DNA of 64,000 nt from Ostrea edulis (lineage: Eukaryota): the NCBI RefSeq assembly GCF_947568905.1, contig NC_079171.1, positions 51,026,001 through 51,090,000 on the forward strand, read 5' to 3'. This document shows positions 14,001 through 26,560 of the stretch, in pieces. The position numbers were made by a program, and so were the translations under genes. The notes beneath the pieces were generated by a model that ran no database searches, was not told where the DNA came from, and was given only the letters and a program-made list of their open reading frames with translations. The first letter of the stretch is position 1. Every line of letters begins with the position of its first letter.

Positions 14001-17000
14001 CGTCGTCCTGCTGGGTATGTGACAGTGAATAATAGTGTTAAAATAGATGTACAATTTATTTGTTGACCGGTTGATTTTTACATGTTGACTGGTTGATATT
14101 TTCTTGTTGACTGGTTAATATTTACATGTTGACGGGTTGATATTTACTTGTTCACGGGTTGATATTTACATGTTGACTGCTTAATATTTAATTGTTGACT
14201 GGCTGATATTCCTCCGAACAGTAACTATTCTCTAAGGCGTAATTGAAGAACTTATGTAGATGAATAGAATAAATTTGCTATTTTCCAAATCTCTAGTCAT
14301 AAGAGTACAAGAGGGAGATATGTTGACTTTCTTTATTAGGGAAGCCCTATAGTAATCACATTGTCCATCCATCCGTCCATCTGTCTGTCAACACTTTCTT
14401 TGTGACACGATAACTCAAAAACAGTTTTCATCGTACAGTTTTCAAATTTTGTAAAGAAATACTTTACAATAAGAGGAAGACACCTATAGACTTATGTCCT
14501 GTGTCACAGTAGGTGTTGCATGCTAAAGAACCCTCACTGCTCAATGGCCTAAATTTGAAGCTCTTCACTGGTCTTGGTGACATCTCCATATGAGTGAAAA
14601 ATTCTCTCGAGAGACGTTAAGCAAGATACAATCAATCAATCAATCTTATTATGACTGTATCTATTTACCACTGTCTAAGGGAGATAATTCAATTTGAATT
14701 GTGATATGAATTATATTGATAATAGAAAATTTGCAAAAAATAACTCTTCAACATTGTGTATGTGTATATTTTGTTTTTGTTTTTTTAATGTGATGCTTGA
14801 TGTTACATGTATATTGAATTAAAACGTCATTGCCAGTCAGCAACTCTCGACCGGGATCAGAATGCAAAATAAAATTTCTTGTAGCTGGTTGCAAAGTGAA
14901 ACTGCTTCATTGAACTATGCACGTTACACATTAGAGAACTATTCCTTTTAATAAAGAAAGTCACAAAATAGATACAAAATGAATGTACCTTATTCATTAT
15001 TGTTGCCGAGCTTTCATCGATGAAAATCTCGAAATGGCGTGTTTCACTGCGCTTGTTGACGGTAAGGTTCACATTTTCAGCTCGAGTATTTTGATATTTG
15101 CTTATGAATTTTTTTAGCACATACATGGTATGTCTCTGCTAGGAATAATGGAATCTGTCTCACCTATATATGTAAAGACATATTCTATAGATTTCTATTT
15201 CTAAAAATGTATAACATGTCTATCAAATGTGTATGAAAATGTTAAGACCCCCAATGTCAGAATTTCCTTTTCCGAGACATCAATATGTCAAATTCATAAT
15301 TCTTTTCAAATAGAATGTACCACATTTTTTACCAGTTATCCATTTCGAATCCCCTATTTCAATAGGATTTAGTTGCACTCTGTTGTGTTTGAGTGGATGA
15401 GTGTGTCAAACAGAAGGAATTTAAATTTTCACAAATTTGCATTCCAATATATCATTGAATATTTATACCCCCCGAACGAAGTTCTGGGGAGTATATAGGA
15501 ATAGAGTCAGAGTGAGTCTGTCTGTCCGTCCGTCTGTCTGTGCAGATTCGTGTCCGGGCCATAACTTCTTTCTTCTTTGACTTAGGCATACCATATCTGG
15601 CACACGGGTAGATCACCATGAGACGATGTGTCGAATACCTTCATGATCTCTATATGACCTTGACCTCAAGGTCAAAATTAAAGGTTTTTTACAGTGGATT
15701 TGTGTCCGGGGCTTAACTTCTTTGTTCTTTGACATAGGCATACCATATTTGACACATGAGTGTATCACCATGAGACGATGTGTCAGGTACCTTCATGACC
15801 TCTATTTGACCTTGAACTTTGACCTCAAGGTCAAAATTGATTATAGAGTTTTGACATAATCATACCATAAGACATGGGTGTATCACCATGAGACTATGTG
15901 TCATGTACATTCATGACCTCTTTATGACCTTGACCTTTGATCTCAAGGTCAAAATTGTAGGTTTATGCCATGGATTTGTGTTCAGACTATATCTCTCATT
16001 TTCTTCCACAAAGGCATACCATATTTTGACACTCAGGAAAGAGGTAATTTATACCTATTAACAACACCCTTTGGGAGATTGGGGTAAGCGGGGGGTATTC
16101 TTAGTGAGCATTGCTCACAGTACATCTTGTATTAGTTCTAACATATATATACCAGCCCCAAACATTGCTATATCAAATACAGATGTCACTTTCCTCTAAT
16201 AACCCTCAGCGGGGCCTTTGCTGACTGTGTCACTTTCCTCTAATAACCCTCAGTGGGTCCCTTGCTGACCGTGTCAGTTTTCTAGTTTGGATTTATACTG
16301 GAGGTGATGTTAATATTGATATAAATTGAAGTCTTCTGATTAATAGTATGTATTTCCATTGAAACTAGTTTTCTAAAATTTGAAATAAGATTTTATTTGG
16401 GGGTGAAAATCTGTACAGTGTAAATACTTAGAGGCATTTTTGATATTTGATGCGTACCTTGATTAAGGTTCTTGATTTTATTTTACAGAGGGTATCTCTG
16501 AGATATTTTGTATTGGTTCATCTTGTTTTAGTATTTTCAGTACTTTGATTTTACAGGGGGCGGATGTCTGTGCAGCCCTGGGAATGGTGATCAATATTGT
16601 ACATATGCAATGATGGAAAATTACAGTAAAAAAATAATTGCTATGGAAACACTTGACAAGAGAGACACTCGTAAAGTTGATCTGGAAAAAGTGTGTTTTC
16701 AGAGAGCTCTGGAAGACATTAGAAATAGTTTTTATGTAACAGAAGTGGTTACTGATGTACATCCGCAGGTTGATGAGTTGATGAGTGAGTATTTGACGCG
16801 GCTGAAACGATACGCCCCCTTCACGATACGTCCCCTTCATGATACGCCCCGTTCACGATATTCCCCCTTCATGATACACCCCCTTCATGATAACGCCCCC
16901 TTCACGATACGCCCCCTTCACGATACACCCCCTTCATGATACGCCTCCTTCACAATACAATACATATTGCAATACTTATGCCATGATTCGATATTTTCAA

Positions 17001-20000
17001 TAAGGTAAATTTTACAGAAGAAAGCAATAATGACTCCAGAGAAAAACTCATCAGATTCGTGGTGAATGACAGTTTGACTGTTATTGGATGCCATTTTGTC
17101 CTTTGTGCATGTAGAAAGATTAAGTATAGGTCAAGCCTGATGTACTTTACCAAACCTGATTTTAAAAATCAACATTTATATTGAACAGTATCAATATTTC
17201 AGTGAATCGTTTCAGCCCTAAATTATATGTACATTTATCACTAATTTTGTGCAATGACTGCTTTAAGTACTATTTGTAATTTTCTGAAATGTTTGTTATG
17301 AATTTAAAGCAAAGGGTTTTTTAAGAGACATATTTCCTTTGTATGCAGAAAAGCAGTATTCTCGCATTAGACATTCACATGATGTATGGCAAGCAGCAAA
17401 GGAGTTGAGGGAAAAAATTATTGCGGTAAATATCTAACATCATTTTGCAAATGGGAATAAAGTGTGGCTTTAGTCTTGAGCTAAAGTTTCCGCTTTAACA
17501 AGAATTCACTATAAAATATAAAGTTCATCATTTTAAAGTCTGGAATCAAAGTGCTCAGATTAACAACCAAAGTGTCTGGATTAACAAATATTTATAAACT
17601 AGATATTTTGGATTAGGAAGCATTTGATATTTCATTATCTATATGAATTTAACACATTTTATACATCTGGGAATGTTTCACTGTGAAATGAACTGATCAT
17701 TAATTTAAGTACTGATCTATTTGCACCATTCACAATTTTGCAGGCTGGTCAAGATAAACGCTGCAAAGACCTTTTAAACTGGTGCAAGGATATAGTCGAA
17801 CATTTTTGGTACAGCTGTGAAGTTGCGAGTTCACATGAAGAATTTCTAGTAAGTGTTTTTTATACATAAAAGGAAAGAGGGCTGTCTCTCAGCTAGAGTT
17901 AGAACCTTTCCCCATAAAGATATGATTTAGTAGTCAGGGGAAAAGAACTCGCCATCACCCATTTAATGTCCCCCATTGTAACGCAGAAAGGAACACAGAG
18001 ATACCGGTACCTGTGCATCCGTCCGTCCCACTTGACTTTGTGGACACAACTCCTCTAAATCCGCTCAACGGATTTTGTTCAAATTTTGTAGGATTGTTAG
18101 TCATTATGTAGTTTATCATATTGTGCCGGCATATTGATTTGACGAATTTTACAGGAATTATGGGACTTTGTTGAATTTGTACATTCTTTACTATAGGAAC
18201 ACTTTGTGGCCGCAACTCCTCAGAAACCGCTCAACAGATTTTGTTCAAATTTTGTAGAATTTTTAGTCACCATATGATCACTGCAATTTTGATTTCACAA
18301 ACGTTACAAGAGTTATAGAGCATTTATACTGGGACTTTTTTTTTGCGGCAGTGGGGGACATATGTCTACACGCAGCAATCTTACAATGCTTTCTGTGTCA
18401 TATTATATCAATATATTCTTATTATTTCAACTTTGTTTTACTCCGTTTACCTGATCAAAATACAGAACTTGCATGATAGGTCGACAGGGGATGCTTACTC
18501 CTCCTAGGCACATGATCCCACCTCTGGTGTTTCAAAGGGGTTTGTGTTTGCCCTGTTATAGATTCTGTATTCATTATAGGAGTCACCGTAAATATGTTTA
18601 TATTTGCTGTCGATTAATTTTTAGTGTTTTTGCGAGTCAGTTAAATTCGCAAAAATATTTTTCTCAAAAATAATGTTTCACATGTTTTTTAATATGTTTT
18701 TACATAAATTTGCAAAATTAAGAAACACAAAAATGAATATATAGACTATTTACTCCAATTCACAAAAAATAAATCGCCGCAAAAATATCCAGATTTACGG
18801 TATGAGATTTGATCACTGTTTGTTATCTTGACCTTTTTCATTTTTACATATATATTTTTTTACATTTTATGAGTGCATTATACAATAGAGGTAGTTATAT
18901 TTTCATTTCTGATGATGGTCACCAATTTACAGGACATCTGGGTAGGAATGACCCACCACGTACTAAACAAACATAAGTGGGTGTCGTCGTATGCTAGTTT
19001 AGAACCAGGATATTGTTCCCATGGTGAACTGGATGAGGACAGAGACAAAAAATGGCTGAAAAAGAGGACTTCTGCCTACACCGCCCTGATTAAAATTGTG
19101 ATGGACAAGCAGTTCTTAAAAAATGTACACTACCTCCTTAATTTTAGGTAAATATTAAAATCTTCATTTTGTGTCTGTTAAAGTCCATTTCCATGCCTTG
19201 TTTATAAACTTTAGATAGTTTATCATTTCTCTGAAGCTCCTTCATTGAATTTTATCGGTTTTGGAGTGTAATGCATGCGGGACTAAATGAACAATGGCTA
19301 AGGTCCCATCTGACTTTAGCTGGTTGGTTGGTTGTATACTTGTGGAAAAAAGAAACTGTATACTTAAAAGTTTAACACAAACGTAAAAGGTATCCTTTGA
19401 TTGTTCTTTATTGAAGGCATATGTATGCAATGTATTGAAACAGATAAACAGTGTGTTTTTTTAGCTCACCTGAACCGAAGGTTCAAGTGAGGTTTTCTGA
19501 TCACATTTTGTCCGTCGTCCGTCTGTAAACTTTTCACATTTTCGACTTCTTCTCCAGAACCACTGTGCCAATTTCAACCAAACTTGGCCAAAAGCATCCT
19601 TGGATAAAGGGCTTTCAAGTTTGCTCAAATGAAGGGCCATGTCCAAAGGGGAGATAATCACAAAAATGCAAAAATAGGGTGGGTTTATTTAAAAATCTTC
19701 TTCTCAAGAACCACTGGGCCAGAAAAGCTGAAATTTACCTGAAAGCTTCCTGACATATTGCAGATTCAAGTTTGTTCAAATCATGCCCCCCTCCCCTCCC
19801 CCCAGGGCCACAATAGGGGATCAAAGTTTTACATACAAATATATAGGAAAAATCTTTAAAAATCTTCTCAAGAACCACTGAGCCAGAAAAGCGGATTTTT
19901 ACATGAAAACTTTCTGACATAGTGCAGATTCAAGTTTGTTCAAATCATGGCCCCCGGGAGTAGGATGGGGCCACAAGGGGGGATCAAAGTTTTACATACA

Positions 20001-22514
20001 AATATATAGGGAAAAATCTTTAGAAATCTTCTTCTCAAGAACCACTAAGTCAGAAAAGCGGATTTTTACATGAAAACTTTCTGACATAGTGCAGATTCAA
20101 GTTTGTTCAAATCATGGCACCTGGGAGTAGGATGGGGCCACAATGGGAATCAAAGTTTTACATACAAATTTATAGTTAAAATTTTCTTCTCAATAACCAC
20201 TGAGTCAGAAAAGCTGATATTTACAAAAAACTTTCTGACATAGTGCAGATTCAAGTTTGTTCAAATGTGTGTGTGTGGGGGGGGGGGGGGGGGGGAGGGT
20301 AGGATGGGGCCACAAGTAAGTGGGTGGGTCAAAATTTTACATACAAATATAGGGAAAATGATTGTTTGCGTGCTGTAACTGCTCTTGGGATGCTGTAAGC
20401 TGGGTTGTCTCAAGATAGTTTGGAATTCATATTAACACTGGAAATGCTTTGTGGAGATGATATCAGCAAACTGGCATTGTTCAGGACTGCCCATGATCAG
20501 GACACCTATGTTTATACGTACATCACCTTTGCGTATTTGATTCCAAAAGCCAAGGCCCTGTTTCACAGCAGGTGTGGCATGATAAAGATCCCTCCCTGCT
20601 CAAAGGCTATGAGCATAAGCCTAAATTTTGCAGCCCTTCACCGGCAATGGTGACGCCTTCGTATATGTGAAAAATTCTGAAGAGGGACGTTACAATTTAC
20701 AATCAATCAATCTCTTCATATGGGAATAAATATAACTTTGTTATGAGTACATGTATGTTTGAATAAGCATGTTTATATGTATATGTGGCTATAGTTTTAT
20801 AAGTCTTCTTCTCTATGCAACAGACATGGAGGACTCAATCAAAACCATTATATTCATGCAAGAACATGTATTCAGTTAGACTAAATAAAATCTCAGTAAT
20901 GTTTTGGAACATTATCCCATAACATGATTGTAAAGATATTGAAGAGCAGAATTTGGTTTTGGTTATGGTAATTAGTATTAATTATCTTAGAGATGTAGTG
21001 ATCACCAAACTTGGCTGATTGAGAAAGAAGAAAAAAATCTGTTACAATAATGAAAGCTAGCAATTGTCACTTCAGATAAAAAAGAAAAAATCTGTTAAAA
21101 TAAGGAAAGTTTGCAATTGTCACTTCTAATAAGAAAGAAAAGATGGACTTAGATGTCAGATAAATCATCATGTAAACATACCAGGAACACAACTAGTAGG
21201 TTTTGTTACTTGTAGTATTTGGGTCACCATCGAAATCCTTGGCACCTTGTTTGAATTTATCTTCTATTAAGCATGGAACCCGTGACACCTTGTTTGAATT
21301 TATCATGTATTAAGCACGCTAGAAATAATCTTCCAAGTGCATCATTATTTTCTTATTAGGAGTACAGCAAACCTTGAAATCTTCAACAACCATGTTTGGA
21401 TGCATGCATCAGAAAGGCTGACATATACTCCTGATGTGTACAGAGCAAGAAACATCTTAGCTGCACTAGATTACAACAGCAGTGTAGATCTGCCCTCAGT
21501 AACAAATGAAGACGACAGTTCTAGGTATGTTACAACAGCAGTGTAGATCTGCCCTCAACAACAAATGAAGACGGCAGTTCTAGGTATGTTACAACAGCAG
21601 TGTAGATCTGCCCTCAGCAACAAATGAAGATGGCAGTACTAGTTATGTTACTAGTGAAAGTCGACTACATCCTATAGGGTTTTCTATATACACTAGTCTG
21701 TATTTGTGAGAGTTAATAAGGAGGTATACCACATTGTGATCATGGCAGACTTTCTTTTAAAGCATGAATGGAAACATAACTATCAACAATATTTGTATAT
21801 TCTGTTGAGATTTAATTGCCTCGCGGAGTATCTCAGTCGGTGAAAATGCTGATTTGAGTCCAGCAGGGGTTTTAAATATTTTCAGATTACTTTCTATTAC
21901 AATTGCATTTTTTACTAAATTAAGTAAATTTGAAAGTTTTCCATTTCATAATATTATAAATATCCTCTACCTTTCATCTCAGGTGTAGAATTCCTACTTA
22001 AGGTAAACTTGACCTTTTAACTTCGGATTTTGACCTACATTAAGACTGCAATACTTATGTTTTCTCATTCTGAGCTTAGTGATAAAAAATTAGTACTGAA
22101 TTTTTAATTCTCATAATCTGAAAACGCTATTCAATGAATTCTACCCATTATTTCATTATGACCTTGACTTTTGATCTAAGTACACTACAGAATATGGTAA
22201 AGTTAAAACTGATGACGGTAAAGCATAAACAAATGACACCTGAGCCAACAGATTAGGTGTGCTTAAGATTAACAGACTTCTGTGCACTGATTACTATAGG
22301 GCTCCAAAGTCTGCTTTCTCCTTTTCCTTTTAACGGCTGTTAAATTTGGACTGATTATTAGAAATGAACTTATTTACATTGTCAATTCAGATATCAAAGA
22401 ACATTTTCGAAGAAGTCCGGGAGATGGATTATTGCTGAAAGAAAAGAGAAGAAGACATACCATCATATCGAAGACATTTTTGAGAAAAGTTTAAGGATTC
22501 AATTTGAAGTGTGA
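6912..22514 (+). CDS. Multi-exon gene encoding a Kolobok/Mutator-class DDE transposase-derived protein, with catalytic motifs altered
   Basis: Exons 6912-7137, 8858-8959 (GC donor), 10115-10198, 10475-10862, 13732-14014, 16557-16784, 17349-17425, 17744-17848, 18933-19147, 21360-21524, 22391-22514(TGA). All phases chain in frame with no stop. Motifs: LLG-GGCLCSPG..QYCTY (family form GDGRxDSPG), VVTDVH, HSHDVWQAAK (DxWH), DIVEHFWYSC, HHVLNKHKW, CSHGEL, STANLEIFNN, YRARNILAALDYN, FSKKSGRW. Confidence 0.88.
7128..7305 (+). repeat. 30-bp tandem repeat x6 containing the exon C splice donor
   Basis: aatcatca|gtaagtttaggtatt.. with donors at 7138, 7168, 7198, 7228, 7258 and 7288. Confidence 0.95.
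7604..8578. mobile_element. PIF/Harbinger-type MITE, TAA TSD
   Basis: taa|gggctgttccagaaat ... atttctggaatagccc|taa. Confidence 0.8.
9205..9862. repeat. Intronic ~34-bp minisatellite, about 19 units
   Basis: cacacatcaaacacagctaaaagtctcgtattta. Confidence 0.95.
11158..12329. mobile_element. Tc1/mariner(pogo)-like MITE, TA TSD
   Basis: TA|caggtaaact..tatctc ... gagata.tgaagtttacctg|TA, with internal atctcgaa subterminal motifs. Confidence 0.75.
14060..14210. repeat. 22-bp minisatellite just downstream of the exon G donor
   Basis: gttgactggttgatatttacat x ~7. Confidence 0.9.
15462..16130 (+). mobile_element. HINE/Helentron-type non-autonomous element with internal tandem repeats
   Basis: tttatacccccc start, (gtct/gtcc)n microsatellite, repeated tgaccttgacct..caaggtcaaa units, terminal hairpin tgagcattgctca. 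Confidence 0.7.
16808..16955. repeat. 16-bp minisatellite just downstream of the exon H donor
   Basis: gatacgcccccttcac x ~9. Confidence 0.9.
18586..18800. mobile_element. Small CCGTA-terminal MITE inserted into a Penelope-tail repeat
   Basis: ccgtaaat...atttacgg|TA interrupts the conserved ggagt|tatgagatt string of the repeat at 18441-18840. Confidence 0.7.
19458..20400 (+). mobile_element. HINE-type element with about 5 copies of a ~165-bp satellite-like unit
   Basis: ttttagctcacctgaaccgaaggttcaagtgag start, gtccgtcgtccgtc, repeated gcagattcaagtttgttcaaatcatgg. A related copy lies at 25150-25600. Confidence 0.75.
21472..21651 (+). repeat. 59-bp tandem triplication of the exon L 3' end, including its donor
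   Basis: AG|gtatgt at 21525 and 21584; third copy mutated to ag-ttatgt at 21643. Confidence 0.95.
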
Positions 22515-22518
22515 GTGA

Positions 22519-23030
22519 GGACTGCATCATCCAGTAGGACTGTCTGACAAAGATCCCAGGAAAGGATGCATCATCCAAGAAGACTGTCTGACAAAGATCC
22601 CAGGAAAAGATGCATCATCCAGTAGGACTGTTTGACCGAGATCCCAGGAAGAGATGCATCATCCAAGAAGACTGTCTGACAGAGATCATAGGAAATGATA
22701 CATTATCCGGTAGAATTGTCTGACAAAGATCCCAGGAAAGGATACATCATCCAGCAGAACTGTCTGATAGGGATCCCTGTAAAGGATATTCATCACACAG
22801 GAATGTCCTAGGAATAAAATATCCCAGGGAGGCCTGCATCATCCAGCAGATTGTATGACAAAGATCCCAGGAAAAGAGGCATCATCCAGCAGGACTGTCT
22901 GACAAAGATCCCAGGAAAAGAGGCATCGTCCAACAGGACTGTCTGACAAAGATCCCAGGAAAAGAGACATCGTCCAGCAGGACTGTCTGACAAAGACTCT
23001 AGGAAGAGCTGCATCATTCAGTAGAACTGT
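22519..23030 (+). repeat. 44-bp tandem array (about 12 units) immediately after the stop codon
   Basis: tgcatcatccagtaggactgtctgacaaagatcccaggaaagga at 22523, 22567, 22611 ... 23010. Confidence 0.95.
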
Positions 23031-25205
23031 ATCACATATTTGGTGAATTGTTGCCCCCTCCTTCCAGAGACCTTACCATTAGCTGAGAGGTTGTGACACA
23101 GAGTATGATTGTTACAGTACGAGCATATTCTTTTGTCAGTATACTAATATATCTCCTAACTTGGTGCATAGATAATGTTAGAAAAAAAGAGGTAAAATTA
23201 GAAGGAGCAATTGAGAGTTGCTAGAATTTTCATGGCGTTCAGGCAGAAGGCATATTCTGCATTTCAAGGCAAGAGATTTTGTGCAATGTCAGAGATGTTA
23301 TTTAATAATTGTAGGAATTTACTTTGAACTTTTGTTTGATTTTTGCATGTCCATCATACACAGGTCAGAATATGCTCGTTTCTGCACATTTGGCCAGTCC
23401 ATTATAAACTGTATACATGTATTAAAAAGTGCAGTAGTAACTCAAAAAAATATTAACACCCCATTAAACCATTCTTTGGACAAAAAATGGCTTTGGCGAT
23501 GCTTTTATCAGTACTTTTTATGAACCTGTTTTCAGACAGGACGTATTATGTTATTGCACTGTTCGTGCGTCTGGCTGGCTGTCTGTCTGAGTTAATGTTT
23601 CCTGGACTTCTTTCTGTAAGGGACGCATATACGACATTGGAATTTGGTCACAATTTTTCCCTCAAGAAGCGTCAAAGGGAGATTGCATTTCAGCTGAATC
23701 GGTCTGTCCTTGACCTACCTTAAGGGTTTAAGTAGGTAAAACAGTTTTCTGGATTTTTTTCGTTACAGATATTGCCCAGAAATTTACACATAAGCTTCTT
23801 CTCGGAGGAATACAAGTTCAGTTTGCATTTCAGCTGGATTTAATCATTATGTAGGTCACGGACAGTCCGTGACCTACATAATGATTAAAAGTAGGTCAAA
23901 CAGTTTTCTAGGCTTTTTTTGCATTATGGATACAGATATTGCCCTGTTACATAATTGTATTTAGTCACAGGCTTCCTCGTAGAGGAAAACAAATTCAGTA
24001 TACATTTCAGCTGGATTGGTCTGTCCTTGACCTACTTTTGGGCAAAAAATAGGACAACAGTTTTCCGGGTTTTCTTCCATTACAGATTCAGATATTGCCT
24101 TGACATTTAGTCAAAAGTTTCCTCTTTGAGGAATACAAATTCAGTTTGCACTTCAGCTGGATTGGTCCATCCTTGACCTACTTTTGGGCTATAAATAGGT
24201 CAAACAGTTTCCCCCTTTTTCATTACGGATACAGATATTGCCCTGATATTTTCTCAAAGGCTTTCTCTCGGAGGAATACAAGTGCAGTTAGTATTTCAGC
24301 TGGATTGGTGCATTATAACCTATTTTGGGGTAGACGTTGGTCAAACAGTTTTCCAGATTTTTTTTTCGGTATGGTCACACGTATTGCTCTGAAATTTTGT
24401 CATAACTTCCCTCTCAGATAAATACATAATCAGTTCACATTTCAACGTAATTGATGCACCATGGCTTACTTTAGGGCACTTAATTCAGAGTGCATATTGT
24501 GCTTCCAGGTTGAATCTCGCTGTCCGACGGGCGTATATTGTATCGTTTTGCGGTACTCTTGTTCTTTTGGAAAATTATTAATAAAAATGTTAGATCTAAA
24601 GTGTGTTATGTTAAATTAAAGAAATATATCACTGTATAAGTGGCGGATCAAAATTGGAAGAGGTGATTATGACCCAAGTTAACCACCCAAATGGTGGATT
24701 GAAGCCCACAAAATAAAAAAATAAAAATAGAATTACCATTTTATTAATTGTATACGGTCAGGAGTTGGTATGGAGGATGGATATCAGACAAAAGCAATTA
24801 TGTACACATTGCATTTCCAAGGGAAAAGAACATGCATTACGTTTAGCTATTTTTGAATGAAATTTTACTCTATTTTTCAACTGTTGAAATAAAGGGGACA
24901 AGTTATGATTCATTGTTCCGCATTGAGGAAACCCACTATTTTGCTGGCCGTGAAATGTTTTTTGTTTGCCCAAATCACGCAGTCCCCGCGAGATTTATCC
25001 AAATAATCAGACAGAGCCCTCTTAGCATGTAGACAAGAGAGACAAACTCATACGTGGAGTCCATGTTTCAATTAAGGTCATACGCAACATTTTTATAAAA
25101 TATTATATCCAGTACGATTTCCGAACTAGGTCTTAGATCCCCTGCGCTTAAAGCGACAAGTCAGCGTTTCAGATCTACCTGTCTGTATACGTTTTACATA
25201 TTTGA

Positions 25206-25246
<41 letters not shown>

Positions 25247-25674
25247 TTACAAATCATCCTTGGGTGAAGGAGATTATAGTTTAATCAAATGCAGAGTCAT
25301 GCCCCCTTCAAAGAGGAGATAATCACGAAAAATATAGAAATAGTGAAGTCATGCCCTTCAAATGGGAGATGATTAGAAAAATGGAAAAAAAAATTCTCAA
25401 TAACCACTGATCCAGAAAATTTCAAATTTACATGGCAGCTTCCTAACGTAGTGCAGATTCAAGTTTGTTAAAATAATGGCCCCTGAGGGTAGGATGGGCC
25501 AACATATATAGGAAATCAAAGTTTTACAGTTCAATGTAAGGAAAACATCTAAAGAACCAATTGGCCAGAAAAAGTTCAAATTTACATGAATATATAGGGG
25601 GAAATTTTTAAAATATCTCTTAACGATTTAAGTTAAGGTTTCCATATTTTGTATATACATTGCATTTCTATGAA

Positions 25675-25937
25675 GGATTGATTGAATATTGTTTAACGTC
25701 CATCTCGAGTATTTCACTCGAATGGAGACGTCACCACTGCCGGTGAAAGGCTGCATAATTTAGGCCTATGCTCGGCGCTTATGACTATTGAGCAGGGAGG
25801 GATCTTTATCGTACCACACCTGATGCAACACGGGACCTCGGTTTTTGCGGTCTCATCCGAAAGACCACCCCATTTAGTCGCCTCTTACGACAAGCAATTG
25901 GGTACTGAGAATCTATTCTAACCCGGATCCCTTCGGA
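25675..25937 (-). mobile_element. Same SINE family, 3' two-thirds. Other partial copies: 14495-14645, 20552-20712, 27175-27322, 31915-32080, 36935-36992, 38824-38920, 45305-45555, 47035-47090, 54235-54342, 63836-64000
   Basis: The shared string cactcatatggagacgtcacca..gccggtgaagg.ctgca.aatttaggcctatgc occurs in each copy. Confidence 0.85.
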
Positions 25938-26029
25938 ATTCTACGAAGGAACATGGGTCGTTGCAAACCACCAGTGAGAGCAACAGCATACTAGATATTG
26001 ATCAAACCATCGATCGAATATACGTCGTC

Positions 26030-26560
26030 ACACATCAAGCCACACAAATACCTCGAATAAGTGCAGCGTAAAGCCACCAGATCTTAGCCAATATACAGGA
26101 TACATATCCAGACTGTGTCTCATTTCTGCTTGATCACCTAGGCTGGGATTCTTTGCAGCATCGACGGACCAAAAATCGACTTGTCCTCTTTTACAAGATA
26201 ACGCGGTCAGCTAGTAGACATCAATCCAGTCTAGTACTACACGCCTGGATATGTCAGGACTAGAGGAGGCCATCGCTATAGATATCCACGTACTATCAGG
26301 ACGTCTATAAGGACCCCTTCTACCCTCGGTTTATTAAGAACTGGAATCTTTTACCAGAGTCTGCTACAGCAGTACCCTAACTGGAGGAGTAAGGGCCGGA
26401 TTAGAGAGTAATCCCTGGGCACAACTGGAACCCTGGTAGACGACAGGCTCCCTGAACAATCTTTAAATTTTTATCGGAAGAAGCTTTCGTTTTTTAACCG
26501 AGTTGGAGTTTGTATTACACTCAAGAATAAGGTCAACTCCATACAGGAAGAAGAAGGAAT
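26030..26560 (+). mobile_element. 3' fragment of a CR1/L2-group LINE
   Basis: Frameshifted QRKATR..LGWDSLQHRRTKNRLVLFYKI..RTRGGH..YK..FYPRFIKNWNLLPE (typical RT C-terminus), followed by a gaagaagaag tail near 26551. Confidence 0.75.

Noticed and set aside
6912-22514. Active autonomous Kolobok/Mutator transposon
   Set aside because: First catalytic Asp and DxxH His are substituted, the introns are very large and repeat-filled, and I could not find a matching TIR/TTAA pair enclosing the gene.
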